Shown in pieces: positions 10,139 to 23,177 of a DNA stretch of 64,000 bases. The DNA lies in the NCBI GenBank assembly GCA_963785205.1, contig CAWAUJ010000002.1, positions 37,436-101,435 of the forward strand. The letters are read 5' to 3'. Under the pieces are notes generated by a model. It ran no database searches, was not told the DNA's origin, and saw nothing but the letters and a program-made list of their open reading frames with translations. The stretch is from an uncultured Solirubrobacterales bacterium. Lineage in GTDB: Bacteria; Actinomycetota; Thermoleophilia; Solirubrobacterales; Solirubrobacteraceae. Every line of letters begins with the position of its first letter. Position 1 is the stretch's first letter. The position numbers were made by a program, and so were the translations under genes.

Positions 10139-11222
10139 CGCTCGCGCCGATCCCCGGCGCCACGGACTGAACCGAGCAGAGCAGGCGATCCTGGCCGCGA
10201 TCGCCGTGGTCACGATCCTCGCGGGCGTGACGCGATACGTCCATGGCGTCTCGGAGCCGCTGGCCTTTGCGCTGGCCGCAGTTGCGCTGGCCGGATTGGC
10301 CTGGATGGTCTCCTTTGCTACCGAGCAGGTCGGGTCTCGGTACGGCGCCCCGATCACTGGGGCGCTCCAGTCGACCCTGGGCAACCTCCCGGAATTCTTC
10401 GTGGTCATCTTCGCTCTCAATGCCGGCCAGCTCGTGGTCGCTCAGACGGCCCTGCTCGGCTCGATCCTGGTCAACGCGCTGCTCGTGCTGGGCCTCGTGA
10501 TAGTGGCCGGGGCTCGGCAATCACGAGACGGCCTGATGAGCTTCAGCCCGCGTCTTCCCAACGATACGGCCACCCTGCTGCTGAGCGCGACGTTCATCAT
10601 CGTGCTGATCGGCCTGACGACACTGGCCCACGCGCCGGCAAGCCACCACGTCAAGACCATCTCGATCGTCGGGTCGGCGCTCCTGTTGGTCGTGTACACA
10701 ACCTGGCTGTGGCGGTATCTGCGCTCTGACCCGGGACCCGGCGAGAGCGCAGCTGTGCCGCGGGTGAGCATCGTCGTGAGCATCGTCGTGCTCATCGCCG
10801 CCGGGACGGCTTCGGCCTTCGTGTCTGACTGGTTCGTCCATGCGCTCACCCCAACGATCAACTCGGCCCACATCTCAAAGGCCTTCGCCGGGCTCGTGAT
10901 CGTGGCGATCGCGGGTAACGCGGTCGAGAATGTGGCCGGAATTGTGCTGGCCGCCAAGGGCCAGGCCGACCTGGCGATCTCCGTGGTCAAGAACTCGGTG
11001 GCCCAGATCGCGGCCTTCTTGTTCCCGCTGCTGGTTCTTGTCTCCCTGCTCACCGCCACGACGCTCACCTACTCCTTCTCGGCGGTGTTTGTGGGCGCAT
11101 TATTTGGGACGGCCGTGCTCGTCTGGCAGATCACCGGCGACGGTGAGGCGACCTACTTCGAGGGAGCCGCTCTCGTGGGGGCGTTTGTCGTTCTGGCAGC
11201 CGTGGCCTGGTTCGGGACGTGA
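10131..11222 (+). CDS. Ca2+/cation antiporter (CaCA/ChaA-like) family protein
   Basis: About 11 hydrophobic segments and two alpha-repeat signatures, GNLPEFFVVIFAL and GNAVENVAGIVLA. The GTG start overlaps the upstream stop; the start is uncertain. Confidence 0.75.
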   Translation: MADARADPRRHGLNRAEQAILAAIAVVTILAGVTRYVHGVSEPLAFALAAVALAGLAWMVSFATEQVGSRYGAPITGALQSTLGNLPEFFVVIFALNAGQLVVAQTALLGSILVNALLVLGLVIVAGARQSRDGLMSFSPRLPNDTATLLLSATFIIVLIGLTTLAHAPASHHVKTISIVGSALLLVVYTTWLWRYLRSDPGPGESAAVPRVSIVVSIVVLIAAGTASAFVSDWFVHALTPTINSAHISKAFAGLVIVAIAGNAVENVAGIVLAAKGQADLAISVVKNSVAQIAAFLFPLLVLVSLLTATTLTYSFSAVFVGALFGTAVLVWQITGDGEATYFEGAALVGAFVVLAAVAWFGT

Positions 11223-12508
11223 GCCGGACAGCCTCGCTCACCGAGCCCCGCGCCAATGGCACCGGGGCGCAGATCGACGTCTCGGCTGACCCCCCGCGGA
11301 CGGGCGTCGACCGCCGCGCGATGGCCATGCTCTCTGCCGGGCACCTGTTCACCGACATCTCGCAGGGAGCCGTGCCCGCCCTGCTGCTTTTCCTCATGAC
11401 CCGGGACCATCTGAGCTACGCCGCAGCCTCCGCGCTGGTCCTGGCGGCGACGGTCTCAAGCAGCGTGATCCAGCCCCTGTTCGGCCACCTGTCCGACCGG
11501 CTGTCGCTGCCGTGGCTGATCCCGCTCGGTCCAGGCCTCGGCGGGCTCGGGATCGCGCTGGTCGGAATCGCCCCGTCGTACGGCCTGATCTTCGCGGCCG
11601 TGGTCCTCAGCGGGATCGGGGTGGCGTGCTTTCACCCGGAGGGCTCGCGCTTTGCCAACTATGTCTCGGGCGAGCGGAGAGCCAGTGGCATGAGCCTGTT
11701 CAGCGTGGGCGGCAATCTCGGGTTTGCTCTGGGCCCGGTCCTGGTGACACCGCTGATCCTGGCCTTTGGCCTGCATGGGACCCTGTTTGTCCTGATCCCC
11801 ACCTGGGTGGCGGCCGGTGTGATCCTGGCCGAGCTTCCCCGCTTGCGGACGTTCCGCAGCGACGTCGTGGGGGGGAAGGTGCAGCGCACACAGCAGCCCG
11901 CCGAGTGGCGAGCGTTCAGCGTCCTGGCCGGCGTGATCGCACTGCGCTCGTTCGTCTACTTCGGTCTCGTCACGTTCATCCCGCTGTATTACGTGCACGT
12001 CCTCCATGCCAGCAAGGCGCTGGGCAACTCGGCGCTCGCCGTCATGCTGCTCGGCGGCGCCATCGGAACGTTGCTCGGTGGACCGCTGGCCGATCGCTGT
12101 GGACGGCGGACGGTGCTGATTGGCTCGATGCTCAGCCTGCCGCCACTGATCACAGCGTTTCTGCTCGCCGGACCCGGCGTCGGCCTGGCCCTTGTGGCCG
12201 TGATGGGCGCGGCCACGATCGCGACGTTCGCCGTCACGATCGTGATGGGACAGGAATTTCTGCCCGGGCGATTGGGTGTCTCCTCCGGAGTCACGATCGG
12301 CCTTTCGATCGGACTCGGTGGCGTGGGCGTGCCACTCCTCGGTTTGCTGGCCGATGCCGCGGGCTTGCGGACGGTATTCATCACGATGGCGGCGTTCCCC
12401 GTGCTGGCGCTGATGCTGACATTTGCCCTTCCGCGGCGTCATCCGGGCGCTACCGCCGTTGCCCAGGGGCCTCTCTCTGAGGCAGGAAACGACCGCGCGG
12501 GCACGTAG
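11219..12508 (+). CDS. MFS transporter
   Basis: 429 aa, about 12 predicted TM segments, MFS-like loop GHLSDRLSLPW. GTGA overlap with the upstream gene; the true start may be an internal Met. Confidence 0.75.
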   Translation: MSRTASLTEPRANGTGAQIDVSADPPRTGVDRRAMAMLSAGHLFTDISQGAVPALLLFLMTRDHLSYAAASALVLAATVSSSVIQPLFGHLSDRLSLPWLIPLGPGLGGLGIALVGIAPSYGLIFAAVVLSGIGVACFHPEGSRFANYVSGERRASGMSLFSVGGNLGFALGPVLVTPLILAFGLHGTLFVLIPTWVAAGVILAELPRLRTFRSDVVGGKVQRTQQPAEWRAFSVLAGVIALRSFVYFGLVTFIPLYYVHVLHASKALGNSALAVMLLGGAIGTLLGGPLADRCGRRTVLIGSMLSLPPLITAFLLAGPGVGLALVAVMGAATIATFAVTIVMGQEFLPGRLGVSSGVTIGLSIGLGGVGVPLLGLLADAAGLRTVFITMAAFPVLALMLTFALPRRHPGATAVAQGPLSEAGNDRAGT

Positions 12509-12559
12509 GAGGGCGCATCCCGCCTGTAACTCTCGCGGCCTGAGGCTTTACATTCCGGT

Positions 12560-14269
12560 ATGCCGATGTCAAGCGCCAGATTCGGCGCGCACAAACTTTC
12601 TCGAGCTGTGCCTGCGCTGGCCGCACTCGGGGCTGCCCTGGTTGGGCTCGTCAACGTCGCATCGGCACTGACGCCAAACATCCACTGGCGCGGCCACCTG
12701 CTGATGTCGCTCGAGCCCGTCCAGGCCATGCGTCTGTTCCACGCTTTGGCGTTACCGGCGGGCGCTGCATTGCTGATCGTCGCGCCCTACCTGCGCGGGC
12801 GCCGACGTCGGGCTTGGTGGGTGGCCGTCCTGCTGATGCTGGCGCTCGGGGTCTTCGACCTGCTCAAGGGCCTTGATTTTGAGGAGACCGCGATCACCTG
12901 GGGCGTCGCTGCACTGCTCGTGGCCGGCCGCCGGGGCTTCACGGTGCGCCACGACCCGATCACGCTCCGCTCCGCCCTCTGGCGGGTGCCGCTGCTCGGG
13001 CTGGCCGGGCTGGGCGCGGCTGCCCTGGCAACGTGGGCCTCGCAGGGACACCCCTCGATCGGGTCGGTCCTGACCGAGACAGGAGACCTGCTGCGGTTGC
13101 AGGCGGGGCCGATCCACTTCGAATACCACTCAGCGCTTCATCACCACTTCGCCTGGATTCCGCTGGCGGTCCACCTGCTCGAGCTCGGAACGCTGCTCGG
13201 GATGGCCTACATGGTGTTTCGGCCGCTGGCCGCTCCGCGTGGTCTGCCCGGTCCCGCCACCCGGCATCTCGCCACCGAGCTCGTCCAGGCCCACGGCCAG
13301 GACACGTTGTCGTTCTTCAAGCTCCGCGCCGACCAGCACTATTTCTTCCTGGAGACTGGGGCGGCGTTTGTGGGCTACCGGATCGAGAACGGGGTTCTGC
13401 TGTTGGCCGGCGATCCTGTTGGGCCGGAGGAAGCGGTGACTCCGTTGCTCGATCAGCTCCGCGGTTTTGCCGACGCGAGGGGACTGAGACTCGGCGGCGT
13501 TGGGGCCAGTGAGCGGCTCAGGGCTCTGTACGAGGCGCGGGGGATGAAGACGCTGTATCTGGGCGACGAAGCCGTGATCGAGCTCGATCGCTTCTCGCTG
13601 GAGGGACGGCCGATTCGCAAGGTGCGCCAGTCGGTCACGCGGCTTCACAGAGCCGGGTTCACCGCCGAGCTCGCCCATGTCGATCAGCTCGATCCCGCCA
13701 CTATGAGCGAGATCGAGGAGGTACTGGAGCGAGGCCGGCTGGGCGCGCCCGAGCGCGGCTTCTCAATGGCCATGGACTCCGTTTGGGGACAGCACGGCCT
13801 CCAGACGTCCGTCGTCTTGGCCCGCGACTCGGACAAGCGGGTCCGTGGCGTCCTTCACTTCGTCCCCTGCTACGGGCGCCCGGCGGTGTCGCTTTCGTTC
13901 ATGCGTCGGGATCCTGAGACGCCCAACGGGTTGATGGAGTTCATGGTCGCCCGGGCGACCGAGCTGCTCCGTGACGAGGGTGTGGGAGAGATGTCACTGA
14001 ACTTCGCCACGTTCGCCCGCTGGATGCACAGCCCCGCCCGCTGGTACGAGCGCGTGATGGGGCGGATCGTCGCGCTGGCCAACCCCTTCTTCCAGATCGA
14101 GAGCCTTTACCGCTTCAACGCCAAGTTCTTCCCCCGCTGGGAGCCCCGGTACCTGGTCTACGACGGGGCGTTTGGACTGCCCCGGGCCGCACTGGCTGCG
14201 ATGTGGGCCGAGGGCCAGCTGCCCAAGCCGGCGCTGCGCGCCGGAAGGCGCGCCCCGGTCGCTGCCTGA
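12560..14269 (+). CDS. MprF-like membrane protein with C-terminal phosphatidylglycerol lysyltransferase (DUF2156) domain
   Basis: N-terminal half is hydrophobic (about 6 TM). C-terminal half carries LSFFKLRADQHYFF...GYRIENGVLLLAGDPVG and SLNFATF...YRFNAKFFPRWEPRYLVY, typical of aminoacyl-PG synthase domains. Confidence 0.7.
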   Translation: MPMSSARFGAHKLSRAVPALAALGAALVGLVNVASALTPNIHWRGHLLMSLEPVQAMRLFHALALPAGAALLIVAPYLRGRRRRAWWVAVLLMLALGVFDLLKGLDFEETAITWGVAALLVAGRRGFTVRHDPITLRSALWRVPLLGLAGLGAAALATWASQGHPSIGSVLTETGDLLRLQAGPIHFEYHSALHHHFAWIPLAVHLLELGTLLGMAYMVFRPLAAPRGLPGPATRHLATELVQAHGQDTLSFFKLRADQHYFFLETGAAFVGYRIENGVLLLAGDPVGPEEAVTPLLDQLRGFADARGLRLGGVGASERLRALYEARGMKTLYLGDEAVIELDRFSLEGRPIRKVRQSVTRLHRAGFTAELAHVDQLDPATMSEIEEVLERGRLGAPERGFSMAMDSVWGQHGLQTSVVLARDSDKRVRGVLHFVPCYGRPAVSLSFMRRDPETPNGLMEFMVARATELLRDEGVGEMSLNFATFARWMHSPARWYERVMGRIVALANPFFQIESLYRFNAKFFPRWEPRYLVYDGAFGLPRAALAAMWAEGQLPKPALRAGRRAPVAA

Positions 14270-14360
14270 TCGGGCTCGCAATCAGCAAGCGCCGGGGGTG
14301 GGTGGCCGCTACCCTCCGCGTCCCCACCGGTTTAGCCTGTCTTGAACGACGCCTTCTCAC

Positions 14361-14564
14361 ATGACCAACGGGCGCCCGACCCTGACCGGCCGGGACGTCG
14401 CGGGAGCCGGAGCGCTGATGCTCTCGGTCAATCTGTTTTGCGCGGGCATCGGTGCCGGAGTGGGTGCGCTGGTTGGTCATTTGGCGGCACTCGCGGTCGC
14501 GGGGTTCCTGCTCGGCTTCCTTTTGGGGATCTACGTTGTCAGTAAACGCTTCCGTGACCTTTGA
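14361..14564 (+). CDS. AtpZ/AtpI-family small membrane protein
   Basis: 67 aa with two hydrophobic helices, immediately upstream of the F-ATPase operon. Confidence 0.6.
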   Translation: MTNGRPTLTGRDVAGAGALMLSVNLFCAGIGAGVGALVGHLAALAVAGFLLGFLLGIYVVSKRFRDL

Positions 14565-14928
14565 GCCCCGTACGCCGGCGCTGATCGCCTACCTTGACGT
14601 CGCGCTGGTCGTCCTGGCCGCCCCGATCATGCTGCTGATCGGCGTCTCGGCGGTGGGCTACGGCGCCGGGGCCGGCGCCTGGCTCGTCCTTCGGGTCGTG
14701 GGGGTCGCCGTCGAAAAGGCGGCTGAAGCAGCCGAGCCTCGGACCCAGATCAGCATCCGGATGGGGTACATGCTCGGGCGCCTGTTTCTGCTTGCCCTGG
14801 CCGTGATCCTGGCCCGCAGCAGCAGCGGTCAGGGCGCTGGCCTGGCCGCCCTGGGTGTGGTCGTCGTGGCCTTCACGGTTCAGCTGATGACCGCTGCCCT
14901 GAACCGACCCCGCAGGCGGTCCAGGTGA
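14554..14928 (+). CDS. ATP synthase protein I-like membrane protein
   Basis: In-frame GTG at 14554 inside ORF 14452..14928. Four hydrophobic segments. GTGA overlap with atpB. Confidence 0.5.
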   Translation: MTFEPRTPALIAYLDVALVVLAAPIMLLIGVSAVGYGAGAGAWLVLRVVGVAVEKAAEAAEPRTQISIRMGYMLGRLFLLALAVILARSSSGQGAGLAALGVVVVAFTVQLMTAALNRPRRRSR

Positions 14929-15812
14929 GCCAGACCAAGAAGATCCTGTGGTCGCTGGCTGGCGTGTGGCTCGGCGGGACGATCCTTCTGATCGCCCTGC
15001 TGGGCTTCGGCCACAAGAACAACACGTTCAAGATCCAGAACGAGTTCAAGCTGATCAACTGGGTTCACCTGGGCGTCTTCAGCATCAACCGGGCGGTCGT
15101 CTACCTGTTCCTGGCGGCGCTACTGACCGTGCTCACGATGGTCTGGATCTCCCGGCGCATGCAGGCTCGCCCGAACCGCGTCCAGACGGCCGTCGAGGTG
15201 CTCTACTCGCTGATGCGCGACAACATCGCCCGGGGCAACATGCCGGCTCGGCTGGCCGCTCGCTGGTTCCCCTTTCTGGGGGCGCTGTTCCTGTTCCTGT
15301 GGTGGTGCAACCTGATCGGCTACCTCCCGCTGCCCACCAACAGCCAGGAGAAGTTCAACCTGTTCGGGGCCCACATCCCGGCCTTTGCGCTGTACGCCGC
15401 GACGGCCAACATCTCGGTCCCGCTGGTTCTGGCAATCGTCGTTTTCATCCTCTTCAACGCCGAGGGCATTCGTGCCCAGGGGCCCGTTGGCTATGTCAAG
15501 AGCCTCATTCCCGCAGGCGTCCATGGGCCGATGCTGTTGCTGATCTTCCCCCTCGAGGTGATTTCGACGTTTATGCGCCTGATCTCACTCACAGTCCGGC
15601 TGTTCGCCAACATACTGGCTGGGCATATGATCATCCTGTTCATGGCCGGAGGGCTCGCTGTGATCCTCGGGCTGTCATTCCTCGGCTGGGCCCTGCTGCC
15701 GTTCGGGGTCCTGGTGTACATGTTCGAGCTGGTGCTCATTGCCACCCTTCAGGCATTCATCTTCGCGACTTTGGCTGCCATCTACATCGGCGGCGCCGTC
15801 TCTCATCACTAA
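14925..15812 (+). CDS. atpB: F0F1 ATP synthase subunit a
   Basis: 295 aa. Conserved SLTVRLFANILAGH (essential Arg) motif; operon context. Confidence 0.95.
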   Translation: MSQTKKILWSLAGVWLGGTILLIALLGFGHKNNTFKIQNEFKLINWVHLGVFSINRAVVYLFLAALLTVLTMVWISRRMQARPNRVQTAVEVLYSLMRDNIARGNMPARLAARWFPFLGALFLFLWWCNLIGYLPLPTNSQEKFNLFGAHIPAFALYAATANISVPLVLAIVVFILFNAEGIRAQGPVGYVKSLIPAGVHGPMLLLIFPLEVISTFMRLISLTVRLFANILAGHMIILFMAGGLAVILGLSFLGWALLPFGVLVYMFELVLIATLQAFIFATLAAIYIGGAVSHH

Positions 15813-15831
15813 GACAAGGAGCTGAGTTCAA

Positions 15832-16089
15832 GTGCTTACACACATCCTCTCGTTCGCCTCTTCCTCCGGCGTCGGAGCCGGGCTGGGGATCGGAATCGGC
15901 GGCGGCCTGGGTGCGGTCGGGGCCGGTGTCGGTATCGGAATCATCTTCGGCAAGGTCATCGAGTCGGTGACGCGCCAGCCAGAGATGCGGGACGAGATCA
16001 CGAGCATCCAGTGGTTGGGCTTCGCGCTCACCGAGGCTTGCTTCTTCTACGGGCTCGTGGCCGGCCTGCTCTCCTACGTGCTCAAGTAG
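15832..16089 (+). CDS. atpE: F0F1 ATP synthase subunit c
   Basis: 85-aa hairpin protein. RQPE loop and the carboxylate in LGFALTEACFFYGLV. Confidence 0.95.
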   Translation: MLTHILSFASSSGVGAGLGIGIGGGLGAVGAGVGIGIIFGKVIESVTRQPEMRDEITSIQWLGFALTEACFFYGLVAGLLSYVLK

Positions 16090-16650
16090 ATGGCTCCAGC
16101 CGCGTTCATCACCCCGGTCGCCTCATCGAGCGGCTCGTTTTTGATCTCGCCCAATGTCGGGCTGATGGTCTGGACGCTGCTCCTGTTCGTGATCTCGATG
16201 ATCGTCCTGGCCAAGCTTGCCTTCCCGCGCATCACGGAGGCCCTGGATAAGCGCCAGCACGCGATCGAGGAGTCGATCGACGAGGCACAGCGGATCCGCA
16301 GAGAAGCCGACGGTCTGCTGGAGGAGTACCGCGAGCGCTTGGCCGAGGCCCGGCGTCAGGCCGAGGAGATCCTGGAGCGGGCCCGGCGCTCAGCTGAAGC
16401 CCACGAGCACGAATCCGAAGCCGATGCCAAGGCTCGGCGCGAGCAGCTGCTCGAACAAGCCCGGCGCGACATCGAGATGGAAACCAGGAGGGCGATCCAG
16501 GACATCCGTCGCGAGGTGGCGGACCTGACCGTGATGGCCACGGAGAAGGTCACCCGCAAGACGCTCAGCGAGGAGGATCAGCGGCGTCTGATCGAGGACG
16601 CGCTTTCAGAGCTTGACTTCAGCGCGCTGACGGCGGGAGCTGAGGAGTGA
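16090..16650 (+). CDS. atpF: F0F1 ATP synthase subunit b
   Basis: Single N-terminal TM, then a long charged helix (EAQRIRREADGLLEEYRERLAEARRQAEE...). Confidence 0.9.
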   Translation: MAPAAFITPVASSSGSFLISPNVGLMVWTLLLFVISMIVLAKLAFPRITEALDKRQHAIEESIDEAQRIRREADGLLEEYRERLAEARRQAEEILERARRSAEAHEHESEADAKARREQLLEQARRDIEMETRRAIQDIRREVADLTVMATEKVTRKTLSEEDQRRLIEDALSELDFSALTAGAEE

Positions 16651-16672
16651 CTGCGCGGAGAAAAGGCCTCTA

Positions 16673-17203
16673 GTGGAGGAGGTGGCCGAGGTCTACGCCC
16701 GGGCGCTGTTTGAGGCGGCTCGGGAGGATGACGTCTTAGACGACGTCCACGATCAGCTGGACGAGTTCGCGGACGCCGTCGCTCAGAACCGGGACCTGGC
16801 CGTGTTCTTCTTCTCGCCCTATTTCTCGGCCCAGGAGAAGAAGGACGCGCTTCACAAGGCGCTGACGGACGCGGACACCCGGTTTGAGAACTTCCTCGAG
16901 GCGCTGATCGAGCGCCATCGCATGCCGGTGCTGTTCCGGATCCGGTCGAGATTTGACCAAATGTGGGAGGAGGAGCGCCAGCTCTTGCCCATCTCGATCA
17001 CCTCCGCCGTCGAGCTTGACAAGGACACGGTCCAGAGCATCGGCGACCAGGTGGGCGAGCAGACCGGGCGCACCATCGAACTCACGAGTCAGGTCGACCC
17101 CGACATCCTCGGTGGGATCGTGCTCCGGGTGGGAAACACCATCCTCGACGCGTCGATCCGCCACCGCCTGGAACAACTTCGAAAGCAAGTCGCCCGGGTC
17201 TAG
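16673..17203 (+). CDS. atpH: F0F1 ATP synthase subunit delta (OSCP)
   Basis: 176 aa with GTG start. VAEVYARALFEAA N-terminus and GGIVLRVGNTILDASIRHRLEQL C-terminus. Confidence 0.9.
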   Translation: MEEVAEVYARALFEAAREDDVLDDVHDQLDEFADAVAQNRDLAVFFFSPYFSAQEKKDALHKALTDADTRFENFLEALIERHRMPVLFRIRSRFDQMWEEERQLLPISITSAVELDKDTVQSIGDQVGEQTGRTIELTSQVDPDILGGIVLRVGNTILDASIRHRLEQLRKQVARV

Positions 17204-17235
17204 CTACGCTGGCCCGGCCAAGGAGCCGCCTCTAA

Positions 17236-18921
17236 ATGCAGATCAAGCCAGACGAGATCACCTCAATCCTCCGCGACCGGATTAAAGGACTCGACACCTC
17301 GAGCGCCGACCTGGAGGAGGTCGGCACGGTTCTGTCCGTGGCCGACGGCATCTGCCGGATTCACGGCCTGGAGAACTGCATGTCGTTCGAGATGCTCGAG
17401 CTCCCGCACGACGTGACCGGCCTGGCCCTGAACCTCGAGGCCGACAACGTGGGCGCCGTGCTGTTCGGCGAGTGGGAGAAGATTTCCGAGGGGGACACGG
17501 TCAAGCGCACAGGCAGCCTGCTCGACATCCCGGTGGGGGAGGAATTGCTGGGGCGGATCGTCGATCCGCTCGGCAACCCGTTGGACGGCCGGGGTGAGAT
17601 CGAGACCAAGGAGAAGCGTCCGGCCGAGCACAAGGCTCCTGGCGTGGTGCAGCGCCAGCCGGTGAAGGAGCCCATGCTGACGGGGCTGAAGGCGATCGAC
17701 TCGATGATCCCGATCGGCCGCGGGCAGCGTGAGCTGATCATCGGCGATCGCCAGACGGGCAAGACCGCGATCGCGGTGGACGCGATGATCAACAACAAGG
17801 ACCGCGACCTGGCCTGCGTGTACGTGGCGATCGGTCAGCGGAAATCGACCGTTGTGGCGCTGGCCAAGCAGCTCGAGGACGCCGGCGCGCTCGAGAACAC
17901 GATCATCGTGATGGCCGCCGCCGATGAGGCCGCGCCAATCAAGTTCCTGGCCCCGTACGCCGGGTGTGCGATGGCCGAGTATTTCCTTTACAGCGGCCGG
18001 GCGGCACTAACCGTTTACGACGACCTGACCAAGCACGCCTACGCCTACCGGCAGATGTCGCTGCTCCTGCGCCGCCCCCCTGGGCGCGAGGCCTATCCGG
18101 GTGATGTCTTCTACCTGCACTCACGACTGCTGGAGCGGGCTGTCAAGCTGGCCGATGACCTGGTCGACCCGCGCTCGGGAGACAAGCTCCCCGGGGGCGG
18201 ATCGCTGACGGCGCTGCCCATCATCGAAACGCAGGCCGGGGACGTGTCGGCCTACATCCCCACCAACGTGATCTCGATCACCGACGGGCAGATCTTCCTG
18301 GAGCCCAAGTTGTTCTACTCCGGCGTGCGGCCGGCGATCAACGTCGGCATCTCGGTCTCCCGGGTGGGCGGCAACGCTCAGATCACCCCGATGCGCAAGG
18401 TGGCCGGCCGGCTCAAGCTCGACCTCTCCCAGTACCGCGAGCTCGAGGCCTTCGCCCAGTTCGGCTCAGAGCTTGACCCTGAGACCCAGCGGACGCTGGC
18501 CCGCGGTGAGCGCCTGGTCAAGACGCTCAACCAGGGCGAGCGCCAGCCGATGCCCGCGGAGGACCAGGTGATTCAGATCTACGCCGCCACCAGCGGCTAC
18601 CTGGACCGCCTCGTGGTGGACAAGGTCGAGAAGTTCCTGGCCGGGCTGACCGAGCAGGTCCGCGGAAACGATCGCGAGCTGCTCGAGAAGATCGCCGAAG
18701 GCGACTGGAGCGATGAGACACAGAAGGCCGTGGACGAGGCGGTCAAGCAGTACGCCGAGGACTTTGGTTATGACCTCGACGAGGAAGGCCATCCGCTCGA
18801 GGAAGATGGGGATGAACCGCGGCGCGACGGGCGCTCTGAGAAGAACGACTCCGACACAGCGTCAGAGCCGGAGAGCGCCGAGGAAAGCGAGGACACCGAG
18901 GAGGCGGGAGCGCCCGCCTAG
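17236..18921 (+). CDS. atpA: F0F1 ATP synthase subunit alpha, with an acidic C-terminal extension of about 45 aa
   Basis: Walker A GDRQTGKT and the alpha signature. Tail ...[47 protein letters not shown]. Confidence 0.97.
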   Translation: MQIKPDEITSILRDRIKGLDTSSADLEEVGTVLSVADGICRIHGLENCMSFEMLELPHDVTGLALNLEADNVGAVLFGEWEKISEGDTVKRTGSLLDIPVGEELLGRIVDPLGNPLDGRGEIETKEKRPAEHKAPGVVQRQPVKEPMLTGLKAIDSMIPIGRGQRELIIGDRQTGKTAIAVDAMINNKDRDLACVYVAIGQRKSTVVALAKQLEDAGALENTIIVMAAADEAAPIKFLAPYAGCAMAEYFLYSGRAALTVYDDLTKHAYAYRQMSLLLRRPPGREAYPGDVFYLHSRLLERAVKLADDLVDPRSGDKLPGGGSLTALPIIETQAGDVSAYIPTNVISITDGQIFLEPKLFYSGVRPAINVGISVSRVGGNAQITPMRKVAGRLKLDLSQYRELEAFAQFGSELDPETQRTLARGERLVKTLNQGERQPMPAEDQVIQIYAATSGYLDRLVVDKVEKFLAGLTEQVRGNDRELLEKIAEGDWSDETQKAVDEAVKQYAEDFGYDLDEEGHPLEEDGDEPRRDGRSEKNDSDTASEPESAEESEDTEEAGAPA

Positions 18922-18927
18922 GACGCC

Positions 18928-21472
<2,545 letters not shown>

Positions 21473-21886
21473 ATGGCCCACGAGAAGTTCCAGGCCGAGG
21501 TCCTGACCCCGGAAGGCAAGGTCTTTGACGACGAGGTCGAGATGGTCTCGACCCGGACCGCGATCGGCTCGATCGGCATCCTGGCCCACCACGAGCCGCT
21601 GCTGGCGATGCTCGACCCGACCGAACTGCGGATCTACCGCTCCGACAGCGACGTGGTTCGCTTCGCCCAGGCCGAGGGGTACCTCCAGGTGGCTGAGAAC
21701 CGGGCGCTATTGCTCGTTCAGGAGGCCTTTCCACCCGAGGACCTCGACGCCGGCCAACTTCGAGATCGTCTCGGCGAAGCCGAGCGACGCCTCGAGTCGG
21801 CCGAGGAGGATTCAGAGGGGCAGCGACAGGCCGAGCGTGACAAGCGGCGCTGGGAGCGCTTTCTTCAGATCGCCGAAGGCAGCTAG
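21473..21886 (+). CDS. atpC: F0F1 ATP synthase subunit epsilon
   Basis: 137 aa directly after atpD. Beta-sandwich plus helical hairpin pattern (FQAEVLTPEGKVFDDEVEMV...). Confidence 0.9.
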   Translation: MAHEKFQAEVLTPEGKVFDDEVEMVSTRTAIGSIGILAHHEPLLAMLDPTELRIYRSDSDVVRFAQAEGYLQVAENRALLLVQEAFPPEDLDAGQLRDRLGEAERRLESAEEDSEGQRQAERDKRRWERFLQIAEGS

Positions 21887-21934
21887 GTCGGTTTACTCGG
21901 GCCGCTCGTTTGCTCCGCCGCTAGCATTTCGCCC

Positions 21935-23152
21935 GTGGGTGGCGAGGGGTTTTCAACCAGGCGGCGCTTTCTGGCTGGCGGCGCCGGCGTTGGGGTGCTT
22001 GGAGCGCTCGGCAGTGGGGTGGCGGAGGCCGCGGCCCCGCAGGGCACAGGCGAGCTGGTCCCGTTTTATGGCCCCCATCAGGCCGGGATCGCCACCCCCA
22101 CCCAGGAATATCTCCAGTTCGCCGCATTTGATGTGCAGACGCGCTCCCTCGAGCATTTGCGAACGCTGCTGCGCACATGGTCCCGGGCGGCGGCGCTGAT
22201 CGCGGCCGGCAAACCCGTGGGCTCCTTCGATGTGGCGAGCCGGCCGTCGGTGGACACCGGCGAGGCGCTCGGACTCGGGCCGGCCAGAGCGACCGTCACC
22301 TTTGGCTTCGGGCCGGGCATCTTTGGGTCAAGGCGGTTCGGGCTGGCCGGAAAGCGACCGGCCCCGCTCGTCGACCTGCCGAAGTTCAATTACGACCATC
22401 TCGATCCGGCCCTGTGCGGGGGCGACCTGGCCGTCCAGGTCTGCGCCGACGACCCTCAGGTCGCATTCCATGCGGTGCATGACCTGATTCGGCTGGCACG
22501 CCCGGTGGCCGCGGCCCGCTGGCTGCTCACGGGCTTCGGTCGCACCGGCAACACGCGCGGCGGGGTCACCCCGAGGAACCTGATGGGTTTCAAGGACGGC
22601 ACGGCCAACCCGGACAGCCAGGACACCGGAGCGCTGAAGCGCTTCATCTGGGCCTCAGAACCGGACTCGCCGTCCTGGATGAAGGGCGGCTCCTACATGG
22701 TGGTTCGGCGCATCCTGATCAAGCTGGCGGAGTGGGATGCGGCCACGCTTGAACAGCAGCAGGACGCCGTCGGGCGGTTCAAGCTCTCAGGCGCGCCGCT
22801 GACCGGCCACCACGAACGTGATCCGATCAATCTGACGGCCCAGCACCGCGGGACGCTGGTGATCCCGTACAACGCACACATCCGTCTGGCCAGCCCGAGC
22901 TACAACCAGGGCGAGCGGATTCTTCGCCGGGGCTACTCGTTCGTGGACGGCCTGGAATCGAGCGGGACGCCTTCGGCCGGGCAGTTCTTCATCTGTTTCC
23001 AGCGCGATCCGCGCAAGCAATTCATCCCGATCCAGCGCCGGCTCAGCGATGACGCCCTGAGCGCGCATACCAAGACCGTGGGCAGCGCGATCTTCGCCTG
23101 TCCGCCCGGCGCCTCACACGGTGAGTACGTGGGGCAGGGCCTGCTCGGGTAG
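21935..23152 (+). CDS. Tat-exported Dyp-type peroxidase (EfeB-like)
   Basis: Twin-arginine signal STRRRFLAGGAGVGVLGA. DyP motifs FGFKDGTANP-like (MGFKDGTANPD) and RRGYSF. Confidence 0.85.
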   Translation: MGGEGFSTRRRFLAGGAGVGVLGALGSGVAEAAAPQGTGELVPFYGPHQAGIATPTQEYLQFAAFDVQTRSLEHLRTLLRTWSRAAALIAAGKPVGSFDVASRPSVDTGEALGLGPARATVTFGFGPGIFGSRRFGLAGKRPAPLVDLPKFNYDHLDPALCGGDLAVQVCADDPQVAFHAVHDLIRLARPVAAARWLLTGFGRTGNTRGGVTPRNLMGFKDGTANPDSQDTGALKRFIWASEPDSPSWMKGGSYMVVRRILIKLAEWDAATLEQQQDAVGRFKLSGAPLTGHHERDPINLTAQHRGTLVIPYNAHIRLASPSYNQGERILRRGYSFVDGLESSGTPSAGQFFICFQRDPRKQFIPIQRRLSDDALSAHTKTVGSAIFACPPGASHGEYVGQGLLG

Positions 23153-23177
23153 CTCCGTTAGCGGGCCTGGCGCCGGG

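Noticed and set aside
21935-23152. DyP peroxidase as encapsulin cargo.
   Set aside because: The protein has an N-terminal twin-arginine export signal (RRRFLAGG) and no C-terminal cargo-loading peptide. No encapsulin shell gene is adjacent.
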